The notes: generated by a model from the letters alone, not told the origin. A DNA stretch of 64,000 nt from an uncultured Acidobacteriota bacterium (GCA_963816725.1 CAWFMC010000009.1:30073-94072), one strand, 5' to 3'. Shown: positions 10,399 through 21,590, numbered from the stretch's first letter. Program-made: numbers and translations.

Positions 10399-10534
10399 GA
10401 GCCGGACGAAGGAACCCGGGAAGATTGGCAGGTCGGGGGCTCGCAGGTGTGATGTTCTCCGCACGTGCCGCGCAATCGTTCGCGCCCGGCCGCGCGTTGA
10501 CGGCGACGAGGAGCCCGGAACTATGAGTCAGGAA

Positions 10535-11818
10535 CTATGAGACAGCGGCAAGCGGCAGCGAGACCGTCGCGACCGTGCCGCCGCCGGGGCGGTCGGTGAG
10601 CGCGATCCGTCCACCCTGCTGCTCGACCAGTCGCTTGACGATCGCCAGCCCCAGACCCGTGCCTTCCGCCCGGGTCGTCACGAACGGCTCGAACAGCCGT
10701 TCGCGAACGCTCTGCGGCAGCCCCGGTCCGCGGTCGCGGACCGCCATGTGGCACGAACCGTCTTCGACCATCACCTCGATCTCGACGCCCCCGTCAGCTG
10801 ATGCCTGGCAGGCGTTCAGCGCCAGGTTCAGGAGGGTCGCTCGCAGCGCGTCAGGATCGCCAACCGCGCGGACCGGCCCACCGTGCACCGCAATCGCCGG
10901 TCCGCGCTGACCCATTGCCGCCGCGGCACTGGCGGCAGCGTCGCGGGCCAGTGCCAGCGCGTCGACGGGACGGACGAGCGCCGCGGTGGGCTTGGCGTAT
11001 TGCAGCAGGTCGTTGACCTTGGCATTCAGGCCATCGATCCGCCGGATCATCGTCCGAACGACATCCCGCTCCATGCTCGCCGACGGAAATCGCCCGTTGA
11101 GGATCTCCAGCGATGCACGCAAGCCGGTCAGGGGGTTGCGGACTTCGTGGGCGACCATGGCCGTCAGCTGTCCGAGCTGCAGCAGGGCGGCCTGCTCGCG
11201 GATTTGTGCCTCGGCCTCCTTACGGGCGGTGATGTCGCTGCGAATCGAGAGGTACTGGCGGGGCTTGCCGCTTCCGTCGACGAACGGGACGATGGTGGTG
11301 TCGACCCAGTAGAAGCTCCCGTCTTTCGCCCGGTTGCGGAGCTCGCCGCGCCAGACGCGGCCGTTCGCGATCGTCCGCCACAGATTGCGGATGAACTCCT
11401 TCGAGTGATGACCGGAGTTGACGATGCGGTGGTCCTGACCGAGCAGCTCCTCGCGGCTGAATCTGGAGATGGCGCAGAACTGATCGTTGACGTAGGTGAT
11501 GACGCCGCGCTGATCGGTAATCGCGACGATGGCGGCCTGGTCCAGGGCATAGCGCATCTCGTCCAGCCTGGCCAGCGACTCGGCCATCGCGCGGGTCACC
11601 TGCGCCGCGTCGTGCGCCGCGCGGCAGCGTTTCCAGGCGAGGGCACCGGCGGCCGCGGCGGTCGAGAGCATCACCAGGATCGGCCGCCAGCCGGCTGTCG
11701 ACAGCGCGATGGTCCCGCCGCCGCCCCACACCGCACCGGCCGCCAGCAGCAGCGCCGCACTGAGGCCGACGGCAAGTGGCTCCATCGCCCGTGGCCCCGC
11801 GCGTCGCTCGTACGTCAT
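10535..11818 (-). CDS. membrane PAS-domain sensor histidine kinase
   Basis: Two N-terminal TM helices, a PAS domain (VAITDQRGVITYVNDQFCAISRFSREELLGQDHRIVNSG) and H-box AHEVRNPLTGL. HATPase_c boxes (LLNLALNACQA, DRGPGLP, GTGLGLAIV). Confidence 0.85.
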   Translation of the reverse strand: MTYERRAGPRAMEPLAVGLSAALLLAAGAVWGGGGTIALSTAGWRPILVMLSTAAAAGALAWKRCRAAHDAAQVTRAMAESLARLDEMRYALDQAAIVAITDQRGVITYVNDQFCAISRFSREELLGQDHRIVNSGHHSKEFIRNLWRTIANGRVWRGELRNRAKDGSFYWVDTTIVPFVDGSGKPRQYLSIRSDITARKEAEAQIREQAALLQLGQLTAMVAHEVRNPLTGLRASLEILNGRFPSASMERDVVRTMIRRIDGLNAKVNDLLQYAKPTAALVRPVDALALARDAAASAAAAMGQRGPAIAVHGGPVRAVGDPDALRATLLNLALNACQASADGGVEIEVMVEDGSCHMAVRDRGPGLPQSVRERLFEPFVTTRAEGTGLGLAIVKRLVEQQGGRIALTDRPGGGTVATVSLPLAAVS

Positions 11819-11824
11819 GGCCGC

Positions 11825-14498
11825 CTAGTAGACGATCCGCCGGTTCGGAGGCGCCGCCGCCGGTCGCTCGATGCGAACCCGCAGGTCGGCCGCGAACGCG
11901 CCGGTGTGCTGCACCAGCACCGGATTGATGTCCAGTTCCTGCACTTCGGGTGCGAGGGACAGCAGGGCAGACACGCGCAGCAGGACGTCGCGCAACGCCG
12001 CCTCGTCGGCGGGAGGCGCGCCGCGGAAGCCGCGCAACAGCCGCGCGCCGCGCAGCTCGTTGACCATGTCGGCGGCGTCGACGGTCGTCAAGGGATGTAG
12101 CCGGAACGAGGTGTCCTGCATCAGATCGACGAGCACTCCGCCGGTCCCGCAGGCGATGAGCGGGCCGAACGATGGATCCTGGACGGCGCCGACCAGCATC
12201 TCCACACCGCCCCGGACCATCGCCTGGACCAGGGCCGACGTCATCTCGTCGCCGAACCGTCGCACGAAGTCGTCATACGCCGCCCGGACCTCGTCGTCGT
12301 CCGCGAGGTTCAGCGCGACCGCCCGGCGTTCGGTCTTGTGCAGCAGCGTGGGACCCTGCGCCTTCAGGACCGCCGGGTATCCCACCGCCCGTGCCGCGGC
12401 AACTGCCTCGTCCACGCTCGTGACGACCTGCGCGGCCGGTGCGGCGACCCCGATGGCCTTCATCAAGGCCATGCCTTCGGACGGACGGGTCCATCCGCCG
12501 CCACGGGTCAGCACGGCGTCCACGGTTTCGCGTACGGCACCGGCGTCAATGTCCGGAAGCACAGGCGTGGTGCCGAGCGGCGCCTCGCGCCAGCGTCCGT
12601 AGACCGTGACCCGGGATAAGGCGATTGCGGCCGACTCCGGAAAGGCATAGGAAGGGATGGGCGCGAGCGTCGCGGGCGCGCCTTCGGATCGCATGAACAC
12701 GCCGAGCACCGGTTTGCCCGGGACCGCCGCGGCGCTGGCCGCCATCGCGGCGGCTACCGCCGAGGGATCGGTGACGAGCGGCGGAATGAAGATGGCGATC
12801 ACGCTGTCCACCGACTCGTCGCGCAACAGCACCTCCAGCCCGCGCCGGTAGTGCTCGGGCGGCGCCGAAGCCAGCATGTCGACCGGATTGCTGACGCTGG
12901 CTGCTGCCGGAAGGAAGGACCGTAGCTCGCCGTGTGTGGTCTCGGATAATGCCGGCAGGGCGAGGCCGTTCGCCTCGCACGCGTCGGCGGCGAGAATGCC
13001 CGGACCGCCGGCGTTGGTCAGGATGGCCACTCGCGGTCCCCTCGGCAACGGCTGATGGGCCAGGAGAGACGCGACATCGAACAGCTCTTCGAGCCGCTCG
13101 GTCCGGATCACGCCGGCCTGCCGGAAGAGCGCGTCGACCGCCGTATCGCTCGAGGCGAGGGCGCCGGTATGCGAGGCCGCGGCGCGCGAGCCGGCCTGCG
13201 ATCGTCCGGCCTTCACCGCGACGATGGGCTTGCGCCGGCCGATGCGCCGTGCGATCTCACTGAACTTCTTCGGATTGCCGAAGCTCTCCAGGTAGAGCAG
13301 GATGACGTTGGTCCGGGGATCGTCGGCCCAGTACTGGAGCAGATCGTTCCCCGAGACGTCCGCCTTGTTCCCGACCGAGACGAAGCTCGAGATGCCGATG
13401 CCGAGCCGGCGCGCGTAGTCCAGGATCGCCAACCCGAGCGCGCCGCTCTGGGTCGACATGGCGACGGTGCCCGCTGGTGGATAGACCGGCGAAAAGGTCG
13501 CGTTCAGCTGCACCGCGGGATCGGTGTTCAAGAGGCCCATGCAATTGGGGCCGATCAACCGGCACCCGGCGGCGCGGACCTTCTCCAGCAGTTCACGCTC
13601 ACGCTCCCGCCCGGCCGCATCGCACTCGCCGAAGCCGGCGCTGATCACGCAGATCGCCGGGACGCCTTTGGCAATGCAGTCGTCGACCGCCGCGAGCACC
13701 TGGGCGGCGGGGACTACGACGACCGCCAGGTCGACCGCATCGGGGATATCAGCCACACGGGCGAACGCCCGGCGGCTGCCGATCTCCGCCGCGCTCGGGT
13801 GCACCGGGATGACCGTGCCCCTGAAGCCGGCCCCGAGCAGGTTGTAGAAGATTTCGGATCCGATGCGCCCGCGCTCCCGGTTCGCGCCGATGACCGCGAC
13901 CACCCGCGGCGTGAAGAACGCTTTCATCGACTCGCTGGCGGCCCGCTGCGAGCGCGCCGCGGCGCGGCGTTCGTAGTGATCCGTCACGTCGAGCGAGAGC
14001 ACGACGTGGCAGAGACCATCCTGCTGGCTGATGGTGCACGACAGGCCGCACTCACGGAACAGCTCCAGCATCCGGACGTTGTCGCCAATCACGTGCGCGT
14101 CGAAATGGGTCACGCCCTCGGCGACCGCGAGGCGAGCGAGCTGTTCGAGCAGCCGCGTGCCGATGCCGTGGCCCTGGACGGCGTCGCTGACGGCGAATCC
14201 GACTTCCGCCCGCGTTCGCACAGCCGGCAGGCGGTAATAGCCGGCGAAGCCGACGATCCGGCGACCCGCCTCCGCAATCAGCGACGTCCCATCCGTCTCC
14301 ACCAGCCCACGCATCCGCGCGGGCGTAAGCGCGGGATACCCGAGGAAGCGGAAGTAGCGGCTGGTCGGGGAGAGGCCCTCGAAGAACTTGATGAGCGCGT
14401 CGATGTCCGCGGCGCCGGCCTGGCGCAGGCAGACCGTCGACCCGTCACGAACCACGACGTCTACGGGACTGACAACGACGTGCACGACTGGCTCCCTC

Positions 14499-14509
<11 letters not shown>
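11825..14509 (-). CDS. PatA-like bifunctional protein: N-terminal GNAT acetyltransferase plus NDP-forming acyl-CoA synthetase (CoA-binding, ATP-grasp) domains
   Basis: GNAT motif (VSDAVQGHGIGTRLLEQLARLA), CoA-binding region (PRVVAVIGANRERGRIGSEIF, VISAGFGE) and ATP-grasp region (VGYPAVLKAQGPTLLHKTERRAV). ATG 14509 (TTG 14515 in the track) overlaps the 3' end of the upstream regulator. A 6-nt gap separates it from the downstream kinase. Confidence 0.85.
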
Positions 14510-15860
<1,351 letters not shown>

Positions 15861-15907
15861 GTGAGAAACGCCTTTTTGTGCGGCCCTGAGTGGCCGATGA
15901 GGTGAGT

Positions 15908-15922
15908 GCACCCGAAGTGCCG
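15908..15922 (-). promoter_or_regulatory. candidate sigma-54 -24/-12 promoter in front of the activator gene
   Basis: The minus strand reads CGGCAC-ttcgg-GTGC(A), 48 nt upstream of ATG 15860. Confidence 0.45.
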
Positions 15923-16066
15923 CTCCGAATCAGGCAGATTAGGCCATGTTTTGCGCCCGGCAGCACGGCAAGCGCGAAATAATCCCCACCGCTGCGAAAA
16001 CGTTCGCGCCTTGCTCATGCCGCCGGGCCCCCTGCCGGGCTGCGGTTCGCGCACTCCGCTAACGGC

Positions 16067-16807
16067 TTACGCCGCCGCCGTCCGGCGTCCTCCGCCCCTG
16101 AAACGCCACTCGGCACGTTGCTTCAGCGGCATGAGCGAGAGACGCCGAATGAGCCAGATCCCGGGCGACGCCAGCGCCCAGTACGGGCGGAAGCGGCGAC
16201 TCGCCTCCGCGTCCGTGGCGACGGCGCGAGTCTCAGTGCTGAAGCGCGTGCGGGACGGGCCGAGGGGATCAGCCCGCAGGGACCACACGATCTTGACGTA
16301 ACCGGGCGTGTCGAACGCGGCGTAGGCCTCCGCGGCGATGCCTTCGAAGACAACGTTCGCCAGCCACGGCTGGGTGACCGAGCCGATCACGACCTCGCGA
16401 TCGGGAACCTCGTCCAGCACGCGCCAGCCGAGCGCGAGGACCTGCGGCACGAGCTCCGCCGGCAGGTCCTGGCGCTCGGTGCCCCGCATCACCAGCTGCC
16501 GCATCGCGAAAATCCCGCGGACCAGCGGCAGTCGATCGAGCTTCTGCGTCTTCGCTGCGGCCAGGACGATGGCCGCCGGCGCGTCGATCTCGACCTCATG
16601 GCGCTCGACCACGTCATAGGTGGGCATGAAGCGATCGAGCATGGCATCCACGCTCTCCGGCCGGCGCGTGTGCGCGCCGCCGAAACGCGCCCACGCGGTT
16701 GCGGCGATGACGCCGTAGCCTGCCAGCAGGGCTCCGGATCCCAAGGCCAGCACCCGCCAGGCTCGTCCGGCAAGGTTCCGCGTTTGGTTATTCTCTCCAG
16801 GTCTCAT
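16067..16807 (-). CDS. membrane-anchored hypothetical protein
   Basis: 246-aa ORF, with GGAGG 5 nt upstream of ATG 16807. One N-terminal TM helix (VLALGSGALLAGYGVIAATAW). No domain recognised with confidence. Confidence 0.6.
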   Translation of the reverse strand: MRPGENNQTRNLAGRAWRVLALGSGALLAGYGVIAATAWARFGGAHTRRPESVDAMLDRFMPTYDVVERHEVEIDAPAAIVLAAAKTQKLDRLPLVRGIFAMRQLVMRGTERQDLPAELVPQVLALGWRVLDEVPDREVVIGSVTQPWLANVVFEGIAAEAYAAFDTPGYVKIVWSLRADPLGPSRTRFSTETRAVATDAEASRRFRPYWALASPGIWLIRRLSLMPLKQRAEWRFRGGGRRTAAA

Positions 16808-16873
16808 AACGACCTCCCACGGCTGCAGTACCGGAACACTGCTCCGGCGCCCAGCCGACTTGAGATGGTCCCG

Positions 16874-17191
16874 TTACACCATCAACACGTAGTCGAACCG
16901 TCCGTGCAGCCACGTCTCACCGGTTCGATCGTCGCGCCTGGTATCGATCGCCTCGGTCAGCACGTGGGCGTAGCGGCCGCCGCGTCGTCTGACCTCCTGC
17001 TCGAGGCGCGACCGGGCGGTCGCCTTCAGCCCCGCCAGGCATCGCTCCCACAGGAGATCGCGGTTGGCAATCGTTCCGGCGACGCGCTCGCTGGTCGCCT
17101 CCATTTCACCCTCGCCGAGGACGCGGGCAGACACGGGGGGCAGATCGCGATGCCAGTACACGACCGGGGCGGTTGTCACGTCGGTATCCAC
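16874..17191 (-). CDS. hypothetical protein
   Basis: GTG 17191 is preceded by GGAGG at 4 nt spacing. 105 aa, 66 nt upstream of the 16807 gene, so probably the same operon. Confidence 0.5.
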   Translation of the reverse strand: MDTDVTTAPVVYWHRDLPPVSARVLGEGEMEATSERVAGTIANRDLLWERCLAGLKATARSRLEQEVRRRGGRYAHVLTEAIDTRRDDRTGETWLHGRFDYVLMV

Positions 17192-17444
17192 GGGACCTCC
17201 TGACGGGCACGCTCCGCATGCCCCGTTCACGAGGACGCACGATGGCTGCCACTACGAGAGAAGGCGTCACACGTCGTGGGACCTTCATGTTGTTGATGAC
17301 CGGGCACTGTTCTCGGGCCCGCAGGACTCTCCGGAGCGATCGCCCCTCGCGTCACGAGCGTCGAACTTTCCCCGCCCCTGCGGAATCTTTCGACGCGGTT
17401 GGCCGGCCATCCGACGTTTCCTGCGGTTGGCGGCGAGGCTGCAG

Positions 17445-17459
17445 TGGCATCCGCATTGC
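17445..17459 (+). promoter_or_regulatory. candidate sigma-54 -24/-12 promoter
   Basis: TGGCAT-ccgca-TTGC, 45 nt upstream of ATG 17504. Confidence 0.6.
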
Positions 17460-17503
17460 CGATCGGCGTGATGATGAAGTGGTCCTTGCGAAGCAGTTCC
17501 CTC

Positions 17504-17983
17504 ATGCGCCCCGTCACCACGATTCTCGTGCCACTCGACTTCAGTGAGGCGTCGCATGCCGCGCTTCGCTATGCCTGCCGGCTGGCCGAGCCCCTCCGGG
17601 CATCGCTCCACGTGCTCCACGTCGTCCCGCCGGCCGGCATGCCAAGCGGCTACGTCGAGGCCTATGTCGCGGCTCCGGAGGTTCAGGAGCGCCTCGAGGC
17701 AGACGGTCAACAGCTGCTCAGCGATGCCCTCACGCCCGAGGAGCAGGCCCGCTACCACGTGGCGCTGATCCAGCGGACGGGCACTCCGGCTACCGAGATC
17801 CTGCGCTACGTGACGGATCACCGGGACATCGACCTGATCGTCATCGCCACACACGGTCGTGGCGGCGCGACCAGGCTGATGATGGGGAGTGTCGCGGACC
17901 GGCTCGTGCGCGCTGCGCCGTGCCCGGTGCTGACACTGCGAGAGCCGATGGACGCCTGCAGAGCAGCCGAGCACGCCGCTTAG
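17504..17983 (+). CDS. universal stress protein (UspA family)
   Basis: MRPVTTILVPLDFSEASHAAL, IVIATHGRGGATRLMMGSVADRLVRAAPCPVLTL. In-frame ATGs at 17471/17474 are alternative starts. Confidence 0.85.
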   Translation: MRPVTTILVPLDFSEASHAALRYACRLAEPLRASLHVLHVVPPAGMPSGYVEAYVAAPEVQERLEADGQQLLSDALTPEEQARYHVALIQRTGTPATEILRYVTDHRDIDLIVIATHGRGGATRLMMGSVADRLVRAAPCPVLTLREPMDACRAAEHAA

Positions 17984-18030
17984 GACGACACGCCCGGCGG
18001 TGCTCCGGCGACGGTTTCAAGCCTCGGGCC

Positions 18031-18327
18031 GACGCCGTCTTTGCCGAGTCGAACCAGCGGCGGGCCGTCGCCGCGGCTGCGGCTGACAGCGCGGTGCCGT
18101 TCGTGGGGCTATGGCTGAACGCGCCGGAAGCGACGCTCCTCGACCGCGTCCGCGACAGGCGCGGCGATGCGTCCGACGCCGGACCTGCGGTCGTTCAGGA
18201 ACAGCTCGCGCGCGGCAGCGGGGCGACCGATTGGGTCGTGATCGAGGCCAACGGCAGTGCCAGCGACGTCCTGCACCTGGCCGCCCAGCAGCTCTCATCG
18301 CGTATGCGGTCGATGTGGACGGCCTGA
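18031..18327 (+). pseudogene. 5'-truncated remnant of an AAA/P-loop kinase-like ATPase (C-terminal ~95 aa only)
   Basis: DAVFAESNQRRAVAAAAADSAVPFVGLWLNAPEATLLDRVRDRRGDASDAGPAVVQEQL resembles the C-terminus of AAA_33-type ATPases. The P-loop part is absent, and the upstream in-frame sequence overlaps the USP gene. Confidence 0.45.
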
Positions 18328-18358
18328 CGCCGGAGGACGAACGGCAGTCTCGGCGACG

Positions 18359-18949
18359 TCAGCTCTTCGGCACCACGGCCCAGAACCACCCGCGCACCTC
18401 ACCCGGACGAAAACCGTGCGCCGCGTCGGCCGGATAGCGCCGCGCCAGTTCCTCCCGCACGGCCGGGTCGATGCGCTCGGTCGGACCGTGACACTTCGCG
18501 CAGACCGGAGCTTCGGTGATCGGTTGCAGGATGCCGACCTTCGGGCCGAGATCGACCGCGTAGCCCTCGACGGCATCGGCCCGGGCCCCGGCATGCGATG
18601 CGATCAGGCGAGCCGCCCAACCCGGCACCGCGTTGTGCGGATTGCGCAGGCGGTCGCTCGTCAGGCCTGTGACGATCCCGTCCCGGCGCGCAATCTCGCG
18701 TGCGGCCGACTGGGCGCGCATGTGGCAGACGCGCAACGCCAGCGCCGGACCGCCTTTCGCCAGCTTGGTCTGGAGCTCGCTGAGCAGCGCGTCGTGGACC
18801 TCGACTCTCAGCACGTTCGCGCGGCTGATCGCCGCGCGAAACGTCGCGGGGGCCTCGCTGATGCGCCAGGCCGGCGTGTCCGGTTGCGCAGACATCATCA
18901 GCGCGCTTGTGAGCAGGATCGTGAGCGTTGCCGCGGCCGCCCGTGCCAT
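18359..18949 (-). CDS. DUF3365 (Tll0287-like, haem-binding) domain protein, secreted
   Basis: Signal peptide MARAAAATLTILLTSALMMSAQP. CxxCH-like CAKCHG and the typical C-terminus GFRPGEVRGWFWAVVPKS. Confidence 0.7.
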   Translation of the reverse strand: MARAAAATLTILLTSALMMSAQPDTPAWRISEAPATFRAAISRANVLRVEVHDALLSELQTKLAKGGPALALRVCHMRAQSAAREIARRDGIVTGLTSDRLRNPHNAVPGWAARLIASHAGARADAVEGYAVDLGPKVGILQPITEAPVCAKCHGPTERIDPAVREELARRYPADAAHGFRPGEVRGWFWAVVPKS

Positions 18950-19014
18950 GATGCGCTCCTCGTCCGATCTGCGAACGGTCGCCTGCCGATCGATCGCCGG
19001 CTGACGATCGTGGA

Positions 19015-19029
19015 GCACGGTCCGTACCA
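19015..19029 (-). promoter_or_regulatory. candidate sigma-54 -24/-12 promoter (weaker)
   Basis: The minus strand reads TGGTAC-ggacc-GTGC, 66 nt upstream of ATG 18949. Confidence 0.35.
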
Positions 19030-19323
19030 CGCGGTTGACTGTCGGAGCCCGGGTAAGTGACGTCGCACGTCACGATGCGCCCGCTGAATGTCGTCGCCGA
19101 ATCGGCGCGGCGCGCACTTGGGAGCCGTGCGCGCTGGCGACCGAGTGGACTGCAAGAAGGGTTTGTGGGTGTGCGACCTCTGGCTGCGGATCGAGGCTGA
19201 CGGGCAGGGGTGCGCCGACGCGGAGTTCACCCGTGGGATCGGCGCGAAGGGCTAGGACCGCGGCATGGCCTGCGGCGGTTGCTGCCAGGCGGCAGCACCG
19301 GCGCCGGTGCACGCACCCAGAGC

Positions 19324-19557
19324 CTACTCGGCCCGGGCGGCGTAGCGTCCGTCGTCCGCCAGGTACACCAGTCGGGCGGTCGTCAATTCCTGAAGCACAC
19401 GCGCGCAGATGTCCGCCCGGAGATTCAAGAGCCGCTGGGTCTGCGCGGCAGTGAGCCGGAGACACGGCAACTGCTTGAACTCGGCGTGGACGCGCCGCAC
19501 GAGTGCCATGCGCGAGGCCTGATTTCTCCGCTCGGGGCGCGGCCGTGCGTACGCCAT
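19324..19557 (-). CDS. small Cys-containing protein of unknown family, paralog A (winged-helix-like suspected)
   Basis: MAYARPRPERRNQASRMALVRRVHAEFKQLPCLRLTAAQTQRLLNLRADICARVLQELTTARLVYLADDGRYAARAE. About 50 percent identical over 55 aa to the 24572..24919 product. ATG 19605 is an alternative start. Confidence 0.55.
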   Translation of the reverse strand: MAYARPRPERRNQASRMALVRRVHAEFKQLPCLRLTAAQTQRLLNLRADICARVLQELTTARLVYLADDGRYAARAE

Positions 19558-19618
19558 TCCTGCGTCTGTGGCGCGGTTCAACTTGGCAGCGTGTTGCGGC
19601 ATCATCCGCGTTGCTTGG

Positions 19619-19633
19619 GCAAGTGCGGTGCCA
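19619..19633 (-). promoter_or_regulatory. candidate sigma-54 -24/-12 promoter (perfect core)
   Basis: The minus strand reads TGGCAC-cgcac-TTGC, 62 nt upstream of ATG 19557 (14 nt upstream of ATG 19605). Confidence 0.65.
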
Positions 19634-19793
19634 ATCGTGATCCCGTGATACGACGGCGCGGATCCACCATTCCTCCCAAAAGCGGGCGAACAATTTGGCC
19701 TCATCGTGAAAAAAGTCCGCACCGGATTCGAGCCTCTGGTTCGCCGCCGCAGCTCACGGCATCGATCAGCAGTTCGTCTTGTTCCTCGACTGA

Positions 19794-19808
19794 CGGCACG
19801 TGGCTTGC
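19794..19808 (+). promoter_or_regulatory. candidate sigma-54 -24/-12 promoter
   Basis: CGGCAC-gtggc-TTGC, 42 nt upstream of ATG 19850. GGGAGG/GGAGGA lie in the predicted leader. Confidence 0.6.
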
Positions 19809-19849
19809 CCCAGGGCGGTTGCATAACCGGGAGGCGTCTGGAGGACACC

Positions 19850-21049
19850 ATGCTGGCCGCCGCATCGCACGTCATCGAGGGTCACGTCAGCCGGGGCTTC
19901 GAGCCAGTGCGGGAGGCGTTCGCCGAGAACTTCGCGCGGCGAGGCGAGGTGGGCGGTGCCTGTTGCGCCTATCAACGCGGAGAGAAGGTGGTCGATCTCT
20001 GGGGCGGGGTTCGCAACAAGGCGACCGGAGCGCCATGGGAGCGCGACACGATGGTCGTCGTCCACTCGGCGACGAAGGGCCTGGCCGCCATGACGCTGGC
20101 CATCGCCCACGCGCGCGGCTGGCTGGACTACCGCGAGCGGGTCGCCACGTATTGGCCCGAGTTCGCCGGGCACGGCAAAGACGAGATTACCGTTCGCCAA
20201 CTGCTCGCCCATCAGGCCGGGCTGTTTGCCTTCAACGAGACGGTCGACCGCAGCGTGATCGCGGACCTCGATCGGCTCGCGGACGTGATGGCGCGTCAAG
20301 AGCCGGCGTGGGAGCCGGGGACGCGGCAGGCCTATCACGCCCTCACCCTCGGTTTCTACGAAGGCGAGCTGATCCGCCGTATCGATCCGCGCCGTCGCTC
20401 GTTGGGGCAGTTCTTTCACGATGAAATCGCGGTGCCGTTGGGAGAGGACGTCTTCATCGGTCTGCCGGAGGCGATGCCGAATTCCCGATTGGCTGTGCTC
20501 TCGGCACCGGGGCGTCTGGCCCTGCTGTTCGGGTTTCCGTTCCGGCTGACCGTGGACGCGCTGAACCCTCAGTCCAACATCTATCGCGCACTCGTGGCCA
20601 ACCCCGGCGCGTCCGTCTACCTCGACGACCAGCGGATCTACGCCCGCAACCTCGAAGTGCCATCTGGAAACGGGATCGGTACGGCCCGGGCGATTGCGCA
20701 CGCGTATAGCGTCTTCGCCGGTGATGGACGCCAGCTTGGCCTGCGCCAGGAAACCCGCGACATGCTGGCCGCACCGGCTATTCCACCGAGCCGCGGCTTC
20801 TACGACGAGTGTATGAAGGCCCAGGGGGTCGAGTTCTCCCTGGGGTTCATGAAGTCGTGCCCGGCGTTCCGATTCGGTGGCGCACGGTCGTACGGTGCGC
20901 CCGGGGCCGGCGGGGCGATGGGCTTTGCTGATCCCGACGCCGGCGTGGGTTACGGCTATGTCACGAGCCAGATGGGGACCACGCTGACGCGCGACCCGAG
21001 GGATGCCGCGCTCGGCGCGGCTCTGTACGCGGCCATCCAGAGGCACTGA
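19850..21049 (+). CDS. serine hydrolase, beta-lactamase/esterase (class C-like) family
   Basis: SxxK motif in VVVHSATKGLAAMTLA. About 400 aa, with a typical N-terminus (VSRGFEPVREAFAENF). Confidence 0.85.
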   Translation: MLAAASHVIEGHVSRGFEPVREAFAENFARRGEVGGACCAYQRGEKVVDLWGGVRNKATGAPWERDTMVVVHSATKGLAAMTLAIAHARGWLDYRERVATYWPEFAGHGKDEITVRQLLAHQAGLFAFNETVDRSVIADLDRLADVMARQEPAWEPGTRQAYHALTLGFYEGELIRRIDPRRRSLGQFFHDEIAVPLGEDVFIGLPEAMPNSRLAVLSAPGRLALLFGFPFRLTVDALNPQSNIYRALVANPGASVYLDDQRIYARNLEVPSGNGIGTARAIAHAYSVFAGDGRQLGLRQETRDMLAAPAIPPSRGFYDECMKAQGVEFSLGFMKSCPAFRFGGARSYGAPGAGGAMGFADPDAGVGYGYVTSQMGTTLTRDPRDAALGAALYAAIQRH

Positions 21050-21071
21050 GATCTGACGACAGGGCCGTGTG

Positions 21072-21524
21072 TCAGAGGACCACGATGGTGACGCCAGGGT
21101 TCCTCGGGTCCAACCGGAAGCTTTGAACCGGCGTCGCTCTCAGCTGGGCGTGGACCGCATTCTTGAGCCGGCCGCCGCTGCGACCGTGAATGATCCGGAT
21201 CGTCTCTTCGCCGTCGAGGATTGCCCCGTTCAGGAATGCCTGGACTTCCTCGGTTGCCTCGTGCACGGTCCTGCCGTGGAGGTCGAGCGACCGGACGCGC
21301 GCCGGCGGAGCGGAAGACTGTTGTGCGGGTGGTTCTGCTGCCGCGCCCGGCGGCTCCACCGCGCGAGGGCGGGGTGACGGGTCCGTTCGGGTCAACTGGG
21401 CGCTGGTCGCGATCAGGACACGCCCCTTCACCTCGACCCGGAACCGGCCGCTGTTCAACACCTCTCGCACCGTGCCCTTGCCGAGCCCGATCACGTGTAC
21501 GGCGTCTCCGGCGAGGTAGGTCAT
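21072..21524 (-). CDS. Smr domain protein
   Basis: C-terminal Smr domain LDLHGRTVHEATEEVQAFLNGAILDGEETIRIIHGRSGGRLKNAVHAQL. Confidence 0.75.
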   Translation of the reverse strand: MTYLAGDAVHVIGLGKGTVREVLNSGRFRVEVKGRVLIATSAQLTRTDPSPRPRAVEPPGAAAEPPAQQSSAPPARVRSLDLHGRTVHEATEEVQAFLNGAILDGEETIRIIHGRSGGRLKNAVHAQLRATPVQSFRLDPRNPGVTIVVL

Positions 21525-21590
21525 GGAGGGGCCGCGGCGCGGCCTCAACGCGAGACCGGGCCTCAAGGCGCGGCGGACAGCGGACCCTTA

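Noticed and set aside
10461-10468. Palindromes upstream of sigma-54 promoters as a shared enhancer (UAS) motif. Examples are GCACGTGC at 10461, GCACGGA-TAAT-TCCGTGC at 23701-23718 and GGAATTCC/GGAATT at about 25080-25110.
   Set aside because: Half-site spacing and sequence differ between promoters. I could not derive a common motif by eye, so a motif-discovery run would be needed.
19584-19597. TGGCAG-cgtg-TTGC on the plus strand, next to the small protein A promoter.
   Set aside because: The spacing is N4 (GG-N9-GC), one short of the invariant sigma-54 spacing. No plus-strand gene follows before the better site at 19794.
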